Virus record (IMG/VR): IMGVR_UViG_3300024346_000008
Span: 64,001-128,000 of that record
DNA: 64,000 nt
Strand: one strand, 5' to 3'
DNA from: a virus
Made by a program: the position numbers and the translations under genes. Each line of letters opens with the position of its first letter. Positions within the stretch are counted from its first letter, which is position 1. The notes beneath the pieces are model-generated. The model had not been told where the DNA came from and made no database searches. It saw only the letters and a list, made by a program, of their open reading frames with translations. Below, piece after piece: positions 1-8,195 of this stretch.

Positions 1-257
1 ATATATTCTTTAATACAATTCCTGCACCATGATTTGGACGACCTAATAACAAAATTACTACATACATCTTTATATCCCAACGGATGTGTGCCGGTTTTCT
101 TTTTTACATATGAACCATAGTTGTCAGGAATTTTGCATTTACAAGAATGACAGCGAGGGGGAACAAAGAATACATACAGTTTCTTTTTCCACGCACGAAG
201 TTGATATTTTGTCGGAATCCACTTCGGAATTTTAACGGTAATAACTCTAGTATTCAT
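1..257 (-). CDS. Hypothetical protein with CxxC motifs, partial (runs off window start)
   Basis: Manual translation MNTRVITVKIPKW...CHSCKC...WCRNC... is open to the window edge. Its ATG overlaps the TGA of the upstream ORF (ATGA). Confidence 0.6.
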   Translation of the reverse strand, partial: MNTRVITVKIPKWIPTKYQLRAWKKKLYVFFVPPRCHSCKCKIPDNYGSYVKKKTGTHPLGYKDVCSNFVIRSSKSWCRNCIKEY

Positions 258-469
258 GTAGACTCCCATGCCCAGGTTGAGATTATCCAATCTTCAATAC
301 AATCTGTTGTGGAATACTTACTATCAACAATATCTTTTCCGAATTTATAGCACATACGTTCATACCAATAATCCCAATATTCTTTTAGGATTTCTTCTTC
401 TGACAATGTAATGTACATGGGTGTTACATCATGAGAAGAAACTGGTTGAACGTATGTATAATATTTCAT
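254..469 (-). CDS. Hypothetical phage protein
   Basis: 71-aa ORF directly downstream of a sigma70-type promoter. Confidence 0.7.
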   Translation of the reverse strand: MKYYTYVQPVSSHDVTPMYITLSEEEILKEYWDYWYERMCYKFGKDIVDSKYSTTDCIEDWIISTWAWEST

Positions 470-476
470 TTTTAAG

Positions 477-527
477 AAAAAACCCCCGTGATGAGTATAC
501 TTAAATATACACTATCACAGGGGGTTT
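477..527 (-). terminator. Intrinsic terminator overlapping a promoter
   Basis: Imperfect inverted repeat (480-496 / 511-527) with a C5:G5 core, followed by T6 on the minus strand, just after the stop at 556. Confidence 0.65.
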
Positions 528-532
528 GTCAA
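504..532 (-). promoter_or_regulatory. sigma70-type (early) promoter
   Basis: TTGACA-17 bp-TATATT. Confidence 0.8.
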
Positions 533-555
533 GGGGGTCTTATTATAATGTTATA

Positions 556-1224
556 TTACGGTGACCGATAAAAGAATATCCAATTATCGGAAGTTTCCCA
601 TCTGCCAGGAAATCCTCGTAAAGAAGATATCCAACCGGCCCATTCACATGCACCACGCCCACGCCCGTCCGTCCCAACTGCTTGTGTGTCAGAACATCCA
701 ATTACATCATTAACATATCTAGTTTTATATTGTTCTTCAAAATCAAATATAGTAGTTAGTGCCGCACATGCCATTACATATGGCGTACATCGTGTCCATG
801 TAGGAGCAGGAGGCTCGTCTGTATACATCTTGGTTTGCGGCCATCCCTGTGGATATGATTTAATGGTGTTTGTTATTAAAGTGTAATTACATTTCTGGTC
901 AAGTGGCATTCCATCTCGTAGAATACAAATCATATCGGCCCGTTTCTGCCAATATCCCACGTTCTTACGATATTTCTCGGGAAACTTGTTATAATATCTA
1001 ACACAGACAGAATCACTATACATGTCAGTTCGCATTACCATTGAACTATCTTCATACATAAACATAACACAACGTGCCCCAATAGACATTAACAATCTAG
1101 TTACTTCTAAGGGTTTAACTCGTATAAGTGTATTTGTAGTTAATGTGTTTGCTGTAGCAGAAACTTGTGTGGTTCCCGTGTCCACCGATGCGGCTAACAA
1201 TTGTAATAGTAATATCCACTTCAT
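556..1224 (-). CDS. Secreted Cys-containing hypothetical protein
   Basis: Signal-peptide-like N-terminus MKWILLLQLLAAS; multiple Cys residues. Confidence 0.7.
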   Translation of the reverse strand: MKWILLLQLLAASVDTGTTQVSATANTLTTNTLIRVKPLEVTRLLMSIGARCVMFMYEDSSMVMRTDMYSDSVCVRYYNKFPEKYRKNVGYWQKRADMICILRDGMPLDQKCNYTLITNTIKSYPQGWPQTKMYTDEPPAPTWTRCTPYVMACAALTTIFDFEEQYKTRYVNDVIGCSDTQAVGTDGRGRGACEWAGWISSLRGFPGRWETSDNWIFFYRSP

Positions 1225-1228
1225 TGTT

Positions 1229-1579
1229 TTATGGGATTAGTTTAATACAATCAAACCCAACAAACCCATATGACATTCTAAAGTGTGGATAGGTGAGTTT
1301 ATCAATAAATGGTATGCAATATAAATTTTTTTTATATCCTCGTACAATAACTTCAAACGTATCTGTTGGGATACCCTTGAAAATAGTTAACGTGGAATCA
1401 ATTTCCGTATAGGTTAATCTGTAATTCTTATCGTGGATTGTTTTATTCTTATGCTGTACGATAACCATTAAACTATCGTATTGTAATCTATTATAGGAAT
1501 ATACTATCCGAACAGGTTGTGCCGCCAAGGGCATTGCAAATAATAGTAAAAATAGTAATTTCATGGATACCCAATACAA
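1229..1579 (-). CDS. Secreted FN3/Ig-like small protein (start probably at MKLLF, 1564)
   Basis: Signal peptide MKLLFLLLFAMPLAA|Q; beta-rich mature region. Confidence 0.7.
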   Translation of the reverse strand: MYWVSMKLLFLLLFAMPLAAQPVRIVYSYNRLQYDSLMVIVQHKNKTIHDKNYRLTYTEIDSTLTIFKGIPTDTFEVIVRGYKKNLYCIPFIDKLTYPHFRMSYGFVGFDCIKLIP

Positions 1580-2649
1580 AATACTTCACATAAATTCCAG
1601 CCAGGATTTACTGACCACACACGAACTCTACCAATTTGTATAAATTCATTACGTATTGGTTGCTGCCACATAAATCGTCCAATAGATAATCCAATTAATT
1701 TATCAGCGGCAGTATCTCTATTTAAGATGGTTCCTAAGTGTGTGTCATCTATCCATAACGAAATAGATGCACCGTTGGGATGTACACCGTTTGCTGCCTT
1801 AAACCAAAATCTATATCGGTGCCATTGTTTATCAAATCGCATTAACTTGTCAGAAAATACATTCGTATATCGTGCATCTCCTTGAACGTGATATGAACCC
1901 GGTATATTCCACAACCCTCCACCTATTTTATAAGTATAATAGCTGGTGAGTATTCCATATCCACATACATGCCTATCATCTTCGTCAATTTGTTTTGTTG
2001 GTCCACCATCAGAAAAATAACAAGGTTGTCCTATATCTGCTCGCATTGCCCACGGCCATCCAGCACCAAGAGTTACTCCAAATGCCCCAGAAAGATTGTT
2101 GACTCGTCCCATCAATAATACTACACCAGACCCACCATACACACTTGACCAACTAGTATAGGGTTGTTCTGGTGCTGATGCTTTACATGCCGTTGTATCT
2201 GCCGAAGGTCTATGTAATGCAAATGCACTATCCCATTTAACCCATATTTCTACGTATGCTTCCGGTAATTGTTGTGGGAAATCTAAATCATATCCCATAT
2301 AATATTTGTCACATACCGGAGTTACTGGATTCGGGATAAGTGAATATTGTAATGCGTTACATGTTGGTTCAAACCCAATAATAGGAGATTGTGCATAAAC
2401 CTTACTATTCTTGGTAGTGGACGTAAATGATTCAACCGACGTATACGTGTAATTTTCTTCAAGTATTGGCGGTATTGTAGTAGGAGTTGATACACTTACC
2501 AATGTCGTATCAATTATATTACCCGCTGTTGCAATTACGCTAGATGTACGTGGAGTTACACATGCCGAAAACTGTTGAGCGTGTACGGGTATGGCAAACA
2601 ATGTAACCAACGTAAATATAAATTTCATCATTACATCAACGAGGAGCAT
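1561..2649 (-). CDS. Secreted beta-jelly-roll (ConA/polysaccharide-lyase-like) protein (start probably at MMKFIF)
   Basis: Signal peptide ending VHA|Q; motifs YVEIWVKWD, WHRYRFWFK and ISLWID resemble jelly-roll lyase/lectin folds. Confidence 0.6.
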   Translation of the reverse strand: MLLVDVMMKFIFTLVTLFAIPVHAQQFSACVTPRTSSVIATAGNIIDTTLVSVSTPTTIPPILEENYTYTSVESFTSTTKNSKVYAQSPIIGFEPTCNALQYSLIPNPVTPVCDKYYMGYDLDFPQQLPEAYVEIWVKWDSAFALHRPSADTTACKASAPEQPYTSWSSVYGGSGVVLLMGRVNNLSGAFGVTLGAGWPWAMRADIGQPCYFSDGGPTKQIDEDDRHVCGYGILTSYYTYKIGGGLWNIPGSYHVQGDARYTNVFSDKLMRFDKQWHRYRFWFKAANGVHPNGASISLWIDDTHLGTILNRDTAADKLIGLSIGRFMWQQPIRNEFIQIGRVRVWSVNPGWNLCEVFCIGYP

Positions 2650-3257
2650 GTCTCTGGTGTGATGGTCCCACCACCAGTTGTTTTCCAGTTAATACACAAC
2701 TTATCTGCTGCCCGTTGCTTTGCTCCCCCAACCCATTTAGTTGCTGTGGGAAGTGCGTTGTAGTATTGAACACACGTTGGAATATCCTTTTCGCGTTGAC
2801 GAAATAATGTGGTTCCATCATTGAATTTTAAAAACGCACAGAACTGAACACTTTGTCCTGCGTTTACTGTAATTGTATCCTTTGGATATAAGTCCAATCC
2901 TATGGGTTGATAATATACATCGGCATTAAAAAAGTAATTTACATTTGCCGGTAAACTTGCCAATCCTCTACGGATAGATACCAACAAAAACCTATAGGTT
3001 GTCGTATCATCGGGAATACTAAATGATACCGTATCAATTGGCTTTGTTCTCCGATACAATACAGGTACAGTATCTCTGGATAGAAACACAGCAACCATTG
3101 TGCTATCTACTACTTGTGTTTGTGTCCAACTAAGTTTGAAGTTAATCTTCTTAGTTGTACTTGACAAAGTAGCAATAGCCAATGGTTGGCGTGGAGTTCT
3201 TGTTTGTGCGTTCAAAGTAGTTGCACAAACAAGCAATAAACTAAATAACCTTTTCAT
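2631..3257 (-). CDS. Secreted FN3/Ig-like protein
   Basis: Signal peptide MKRLFSLLLVCATTLNA|Q; AGGAG SD; KLSW...YRFLLVSIRR pattern. Confidence 0.7.
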   Translation of the reverse strand: MKRLFSLLLVCATTLNAQTRTPRQPLAIATLSSTTKKINFKLSWTQTQVVDSTMVAVFLSRDTVPVLYRRTKPIDTVSFSIPDDTTTYRFLLVSIRRGLASLPANVNYFFNADVYYQPIGLDLYPKDTITVNAGQSVQFCAFLKFNDGTTLFRQREKDIPTCVQYYNALPTATKWVGGAKQRAADKLCINWKTTGGGTITPETCSSLM

Positions 3258-3274
3258 AAAACACTCCTTATGTA

Positions 3275-3928
3275 TTACTTAACAATTAATGTAATGTAAC
3301 TGTTTGTTCCAACTTTGTATGTGGTCGTTCCATTTTCTTCACGAATAAATAACGAACGATATGCTGCGGAATTATCTATCTCGGATATACTTTTAATAGA
3401 TAATAAGTTTGTAACACTACCCACAGTTGGTGGTGCTTCTGGAAGAACGATGGTATCCACCTTGATTGAATCGGGTGGTGGAGGTGGTCTATCACCACGA
3501 CGAAGAAGCAATGTAGCAACAGCGGGTGAGGTTGAGAGTAATGTTCTACGGACTGACCATACCCGTGATGTTAATGTTACGGTATCGTTCACTAAATTTA
3601 ATTTAATACTTACCGTATCTGCTAATCCGTTTGCCCGTTTTGATGTGGGTAATGGGCCTGTTACTGCGTCAACTACTACTTTAGATGATATCATCGAATG
3701 TAGATAGTATTCTGGTAAACCAAATCCATCATTCGGAGCTTTCCATGTTACACGAATTCTTAATGTGGTATCAGCAACTCCGTTTAATTGTGCTACTACA
3801 GCAAATGCAACCGTTTCGCCTTCTGGTGATGGTGCCGGTGAAAATCCTGGCCCTACGTCTACTGGTTGTGCATCAGAACATCCCATCAATATAAGCGATG
3901 CCATAACCACATACTTCAGATGTTTCAT
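3275..3928 (-). CDS. Lipoprotein with FN3-like domain
   Basis: Lipobox LMG|C after a hydrophobic stretch; RVTWKAP...RVWSVRR...PPPPPD. Confidence 0.72.
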   Translation of the reverse strand: MKHLKYVVMASLILMGCSDAQPVDVGPGFSPAPSPEGETVAFAVVAQLNGVADTTLRIRVTWKAPNDGFGLPEYYLHSMISSKVVVDAVTGPLPTSKRANGLADTVSIKLNLVNDTVTLTSRVWSVRRTLLSTSPAVATLLLRRGDRPPPPPDSIKVDTIVLPEAPPTVGSVTNLLSIKSISEIDNSAAYRSLFIREENGTTTYKVGTNSYITLIVK

Positions 3929-3966
3929 TACTATTCTCAGTTAACATGAACATAACCATGCTTACC

Positions 3967-3974
3967 TATAAATA
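3967..3974 (-). promoter_or_regulatory. Candidate phage late promoter motif TATTTATA
   Basis: The same 8-mer or 1-2 mismatch variants recur in sense orientation in several intergenic gaps. Confidence 0.5.
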
Positions 3975-3982
3975 GTAAACTA

Positions 3983-4864
3983 TCATTTTGTAATACCCAC
4001 AGAACACAATTCTTTTTTACCCTTAAACTTACACCACCGACATGCTTCCTTGCTGGGAGTTGCAGTTTGTTCTGTAATATATTCTCCATTGTCAAAGCAT
4101 GTATCAATAAATTTCTGAAATGAGTTCCATGCTTTGTTTACACTTGGGGCACCATTAGACGGTTCAAACTTACTAATCCGTGGAATAACAAAGTCTGTGT
4201 TTTCCATGATGGTGCGTTTCAGAATAATAAACTCGACGGAAATATTCTTTTCATCAACCCCCAACTGCTGTCCAAAGAAACGCTTGTAGAGCAACAACTG
4301 GCCAATCTTCAGTGGATCACTCTTCTGAGATTGCGTCCATCCAGAACGCGAAGTCTTCAAATCATAGAGAACATATTTCTGTGTTGCTTCGTTATATGTT
4401 ACAATGTCGATATATCCAATATACTGAACCCCTTCACGAACTTCCATTTCCAGTGGAAACTCAATACTATGCAACTTAATGTTTGCCACGGGAAAAATCT
4501 TCTTGTAATTATTCTGTAGATACGATAGAATCAAACACCCATGTTCGTAAAATTCCATCAAAGTTTTCTTATCAGCAAGGAAAACCTTTTCACCTTTGTC
4601 GGATACCGTAGTATTTTCCTTGAAAAGATTGAGCAACTTCTCCTTAAATCCATCGTGAAGGTACATCGTCTTTGCCACATTCTCACTTTGGTTATACAAC
4701 ACATCCAACCATTCTTGAATAGTTTCATGCATAGCTGTGCCGAATATGGTATGAATCGAACTATCGTCCAACTTATGACCATCGACATATTTCAACTGCC
4801 ACGACTTTGGGCAGTTTGCCCACATAGTATACTGAGAATACGAGATACGCTTAGTCGATGTCAT
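3983..4864 (-). CDS. PD-(D/E)XK (RecB/Cas4-like) exonuclease
   Basis: ISYSQ...CP, GTAMH, GYIDIV...DLKT, QLLLY and C-terminal CRWC...C. Confidence 0.88.
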   Translation of the reverse strand: MTSTKRISYSQYTMWANCPKSWQLKYVDGHKLDDSSIHTIFGTAMHETIQEWLDVLYNQSENVAKTMYLHDGFKEKLLNLFKENTTVSDKGEKVFLADKKTLMEFYEHGCLILSYLQNNYKKIFPVANIKLHSIEFPLEMEVREGVQYIGYIDIVTYNEATQKYVLYDLKTSRSGWTQSQKSDPLKIGQLLLYKRFFGQQLGVDEKNISVEFIILKRTIMENTDFVIPRISKFEPSNGAPSVNKAWNSFQKFIDTCFDNGEYITEQTATPSKEACRWCKFKGKKELCSVGITK

Positions 4865-5087
4865 TTAGAATTTTCGTAAAGGTTTTTTGTGTACGTGCGT
4901 TGTATGAATCTACGGGCGTTGTTTTTCCGGCTTCGTCTAGTAAAAGACGAAGAACTTTCATAACGGTATCTAGATCGTTAATTCTATATTCTAGTGGACC
5001 GTAATTTTCCTGTTCAATTAAGATACTCATTTTACCCGTGAATGTCAATCTCAATTCAGGTACAGTTTCTTTCTTTTTGCGTGGCAT
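4851..5087 (-). CDS. Hypothetical protein (start MPRKKK)
   Basis: 3' part of the 105-aa track ORF; ATG at 5087 abuts the upstream stop at 5089. Confidence 0.6.
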   Translation of the reverse strand: MPRKKKETVPELRLTFTGKMSILIEQENYGPLEYRINDLDTVMKVLRLLLDEAGKTTPVDSYNARTQKTFTKILNDID

Positions 5088-5088
5088 A

Positions 5089-5448
5089 TTAAAAGGGGTT
5101 GATTGTTGGACGACCATTTGCATGCGCATCACACAGTGTCTTATACCATCCACCACCACGAAGGGCACCTACCTCTCCACAGGTTTCGCAAAGTTTATAA
5201 CTTTCTGTTTCCAATCCAAGAATAAACTTATCAAATTCGTCGTGCATTGGCGATGAATAAATACGAAGACCGCCGTACTTTTCCTTTACTTGGTCAATAA
5301 GAATAATAATATCGCTAATCGATTCCAACTTATCAAATGCTTTATTGACTAATCCATGCCATCCAATATCAACAGATGCCAGTGCTTGTTCTCTGGTGTA
5401 TCCCGCTGCATAAAAACTAGCGGGTGAAAACTTCGGGATATGTTTCAT
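5089..5448 (-). CDS. Conserved phage hypothetical protein, Zn-binding
   Basis: QVKEKYGGLRIY...CETCG...WYKTLCDAH; AAGGA SD; follows a promoter. Confidence 0.8.
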   Translation of the reverse strand: MKHIPKFSPASFYAAGYTREQALASVDIGWHGLVNKAFDKLESISDIIILIDQVKEKYGGLRIYSSPMHDEFDKFILGLETESYKLCETCGEVGALRGGGWYKTLCDAHANGRPTINPF

Positions 5449-5475
5449 AATTCCTTCCTTATTAAAGTATACTTA

Positions 5476-5504
5476 AATATAATCAATATACCATTAAAAG
5501 TCAA
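5476..5504 (-). promoter_or_regulatory. sigma70-type promoter
   Basis: TTGACT-17 bp-TATATT. Confidence 0.8.
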
Positions 5505-5524
5505 GTGTTTGTGAGAATATATTC

Positions 5525-5532
5525 TATTTATA
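5525..5532 (+). promoter_or_regulatory. Candidate late promoter motif TATTTATA
   Basis: Sense orientation upstream of the only convincing plus-strand gene. Confidence 0.5.
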
Positions 5533-5570
5533 GTGGGAAGTATTAATACCTTAATTATACGGAGTAGTTT

Positions 5571-5777
5571 ATGCCTTGGAAATATTATACAGCAATAATG
5601 CCATCTGGTTCGGTTATCGACACGAACTGGTTAAATCAACTAGGCTCCAACGTTTCACATTCCCTTACCGGTGCTCCTTCGGGCAGTTGGAACTTAACGC
5701 AAGTGGTTCCATTATCAAATATTAGTGGTAACGGGAATGGACAAGCACTATTTTACTTTATCTCTGGTTCGTATTAA
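5571..5777 (+). CDS. Small hypothetical protein, possibly virion-associated
   Basis: GGAG SD at 5561; fills a gap with no minus-strand gene; SGS motifs like those in the structural proteins. Confidence 0.7.
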   Translation: MPWKYYTAIMPSGSVIDTNWLNQLGSNVSHSLTGAPSGSWNLTQVVPLSNISGNGNGQALFYFISGSY

Positions 5778-5992
5778 GCAATAACATCAATCGGGGTATG
5801 CATACTTATTACTTGATTTTCTAATAGCAATATATTTTCTTTTAGAAATTCAATGTTGGGTGGATTTTCAAAATGTTCATAAATAGTATTACTTGCATAT
5901 GTTACCGATATGTGAAACGAAGAGGGAGTATCTTGTCCAATGACATAGGTACTCCCTTTTTCCGTTTTCCCAATTTCTTTAGCGATGAACAT
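5774..5992 (-). CDS. Hypothetical protein (start MFIAKE)
   Basis: Tightly packed ORF overlapping the upstream stop. Confidence 0.55.
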   Translation of the reverse strand: MFIAKEIGKTEKGSTYVIGQDTPSSFHISVTYASNTIYEHFENPPNIEFLKENILLLENQVISMHTPIDVIA

Positions 5993-6293
5993 TGAACTTT
6001 TCCCATTCCATTGCATCCAATTCCCACTTACCACTTAAGTGTGGATATAATTCCCAAAACATTCCAGAACGAACACTTGCTAGATATTCATCTGGTGCGT
6101 CAGTTTGTGATTTCAGTTTATTTGAAAGTTCAGTAATTTCTTTCTGAATACTTTCTACCGTTGCCGCCGTGGGTAATCCACTGTATTCACACATTTCCTG
6201 TGGTGTACTGAATGCCCGTTCCCAATTATCTGAGAATGTTTTCTGGTCAACACTCAATGGGCGTTGCTTATCACCTTTACCGTTTTCACTCAT
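5979..6293 (-). CDS. Hypothetical phage protein (start MSENGKG)
   Basis: GKGDKQRP...NWERAF and SGMFWELYPHLSGKW motifs typical of small proteins of large phages. Confidence 0.7.
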   Translation of the reverse strand: MSENGKGDKQRPLSVDQKTFSDNWERAFSTPQEMCEYSGLPTAATVESIQKEITELSNKLKSQTDAPDEYLASVRSGMFWELYPHLSGKWELDAMEWEKFNVHR

Positions 6294-6411
6294 TTTCAAT
6301 TCCCCAATCTTTAGCGTCTACCCACACAAGTGGATGATAAGGTATATACAGCGGATTCTGTAAAATCTCTTCCATAGTGTAACCCACTGAACTTGATACT
6401 GGATTATTCAT
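6286..6411 (-). CDS. 41-aa hypothetical protein (not in ORF track)
   Basis: MNNPVSSSVGYTMEEILQNPLYIPYHPLVWVDAKDWGIENE; start and stop overlap both neighbours. Confidence 0.55.
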   Translation of the reverse strand: MNNPVSSSVGYTMEEILQNPLYIPYHPLVWVDAKDWGIENE

Positions 6412-6866
6412 GGAGTATCTCCGTAAAATTCAATACTCATTCCTGCTTCAATAAACATACCCACACTACGCATTGCATGTTCGTTCCAACGAGCGTCCTT
6501 TGCGCCGGTACCCATATCATATTCTTCCATAACGATTTTTGTAATACCCGAATTAATAATGGCCCGTGCGCAATCCGCACATGGTGTTCCGCATGTCATA
6601 TACATTGTACATCCCTTCGTAGACACACCAATCCGTGCAGCATTATAAATTGCATTGCGCTCTGCGTGCTCCATCCAATAATACTTTTCAGGACGTTCCT
6701 GTCGTTCAGGCCGATAATCGTCAATTCCTCTAGGGAATGAGTTATATCCCGTGGATACAATTTCATTATCCTTGCCGACAATCACAACACCGATTTGGGT
6801 TGCTTCATCCTTAGACTTTAATTTGACCGTATGTGCTATCGCACGAAAGTATTCTTGCCAGTTCAT
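6408..6866 (-). CDS. dCMP deaminase
   Basis: TGYNSFPRG, HAERNA and PCADC zinc motifs. Confidence 0.93.
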   Translation of the reverse strand: MNWQEYFRAIAHTVKLKSKDEATQIGVVIVGKDNEIVSTGYNSFPRGIDDYRPERQERPEKYYWMEHAERNAIYNAARIGVSTKGCTMYMTCGTPCADCARAIINSGITKIVMEEYDMGTGAKDARWNEHAMRSVGMFIEAGMSIEFYGDTP

Positions 6867-7333
6867 AGTTTTGCTTGCTTAAGTTGTTTTTTATCTACGC
6901 CATATTTTTCACAGAGTTCCCGTAACCCATCTTTATTCTGTGTGTAGTAAATTTCTAGATAGGTGATTGCTTCCACCTTTGATACTTGATAGTATTTAGC
7001 AACTAACTCGACCAACCAGTTTTCATACTTCTCATCTTTAGAACCTTTAATGTATTTATTATATTGTTTCCCACGGGGCAATATGTTCGTAAGAAATTGA
7101 TAATGTGCCCTATCGGGAATGTTTGGATACTTCTGTAACGCATTCACGATAGGGGCATAATTTACATTCATCGAAAGAAACCGATGCATCATATATCGGG
7201 AATACTTATATTTCTTTTTATCCGTATCATTCAACCCATCAAAGAATTGTATAGACTGATCCGTTGTTACGGCGTTCAAAAAATCAAATAACTCGTTTCC
7301 TTTTTCAGATACTTCGGCTTTCTTCTTTGGCAT
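6863..7333 (-). CDS. Clamp loader small subunit (T4 gp62-like)
   Basis: FDFLNAV...YMMHRFLSM...HYQFLTNILPRGKQY; same operon as the gp44- and gp45-like genes. Confidence 0.78.
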   Translation of the reverse strand: MPKKKAEVSEKGNELFDFLNAVTTDQSIQFFDGLNDTDKKKYKYSRYMMHRFLSMNVNYAPIVNALQKYPNIPDRAHYQFLTNILPRGKQYNKYIKGSKDEKYENWLVELVAKYYQVSKVEAITYLEIYYTQNKDGLRELCEKYGVDKKQLKQAKL

Positions 7334-7339
7334 ATTTAA

Positions 7340-7924
7340 TTACTTTAAGTTTTTGACGGAATCTGCGAGATTATATTCCAATGCTTCTTCTGAACTTAAC
7401 CAGATATCCTGTGGCGGGAGTAACTTTTCCCGAATTATTTTCTCACTCAACTTCGTACACTTACGATAATGAGCAATCATACGCTTAGTAGTCAAATCAA
7501 ACTGTCTCTGTGTAGCGATTAGTTCATGTTCCTTCCCATAAGTTCCTGCTGCCCACTGATGTGAGAGGATAGACGTATTCGGTGTAATCAACCGACATCC
7601 AGGTTCACCAGCAATAAACGTCATGAGTCCAGCACTTGCAATCACACCCAACCCAATCGTATGAATAGGAATACTACTACCCCGCATCACATCAATCAAG
7701 GCAAATGCCGACATTAAATCGCCGCCATAACTGGTAATCATTAGCGTAAGGTTTTCAACCTTATTACTGGTCTGAAAATTACTGTCTAAAATCCACGTAA
7801 TAACATCCTTTGTAGTACTCGTATTAAATTCACTTGCGAAATAATATACGCCGTGATCGGACAATGATGGTGGACGAGTGTCCATCATAAATCCCTGTAA
7901 ATCTGGCATGTTGTTTGAAAACAT
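7340..7924 (-). CDS. clpP: ClpP-family protease subunit
   Basis: ITSYGGD, IASAG (Ser), SHQ (His), DIWLSSEEALEYNLAD (Asp). Confidence 0.9.
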   Translation of the reverse strand: MFSNNMPDLQGFMMDTRPPSLSDHGVYYFASEFNTSTTKDVITWILDSNFQTSNKVENLTLMITSYGGDLMSAFALIDVMRGSSIPIHTIGLGVIASAGLMTFIAGEPGCRLITPNTSILSHQWAAGTYGKEHELIATQRQFDLTTKRMIAHYRKCTKLSEKIIREKLLPPQDIWLSSEEALEYNLADSVKNLK

Positions 7925-7925
7925 C

Positions 7926-8186
7926 TTACAGTTCTAACTTCAACTGCGACTTCGCCGGAACGTCAGCGGGGTCTGCAATCTTCACAGGCAAGAACTGCTT
8001 GTTAATAAATCCACATGCATTACATGCAAACGTTGGGATGGGAACAATAGCTTCCTTTCCAGTAGGTGATACAAGAGCAGAAACTCTCTTCATCAAAACT
8101 ACTTCCTGGAATGTATAGTTGCCGCAACTTTCGCATGTAACATCCTGTGCGTTACTTAAATCAATATTCATTGGTTGTTTGCTCAT
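7926..8186 (-). CDS. Zn-ribbon hypothetical protein
   Basis: CESC...CNAC; AGGAG SD. Confidence 0.8.
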   Translation of the reverse strand: MSKQPMNIDLSNAQDVTCESCGNYTFQEVVLMKRVSALVSPTGKEAIVPIPTFACNACGFINKQFLPVKIADPADVPAKSQLKLEL

Positions 8187-8195
8187 ATTATCTCC

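Noticed and set aside
3983-4864. Cas4 as part of a CRISPR-Cas system
   Set aside because: No cas1/cas2 or array nearby; stand-alone nucleases of this type are common in phages.
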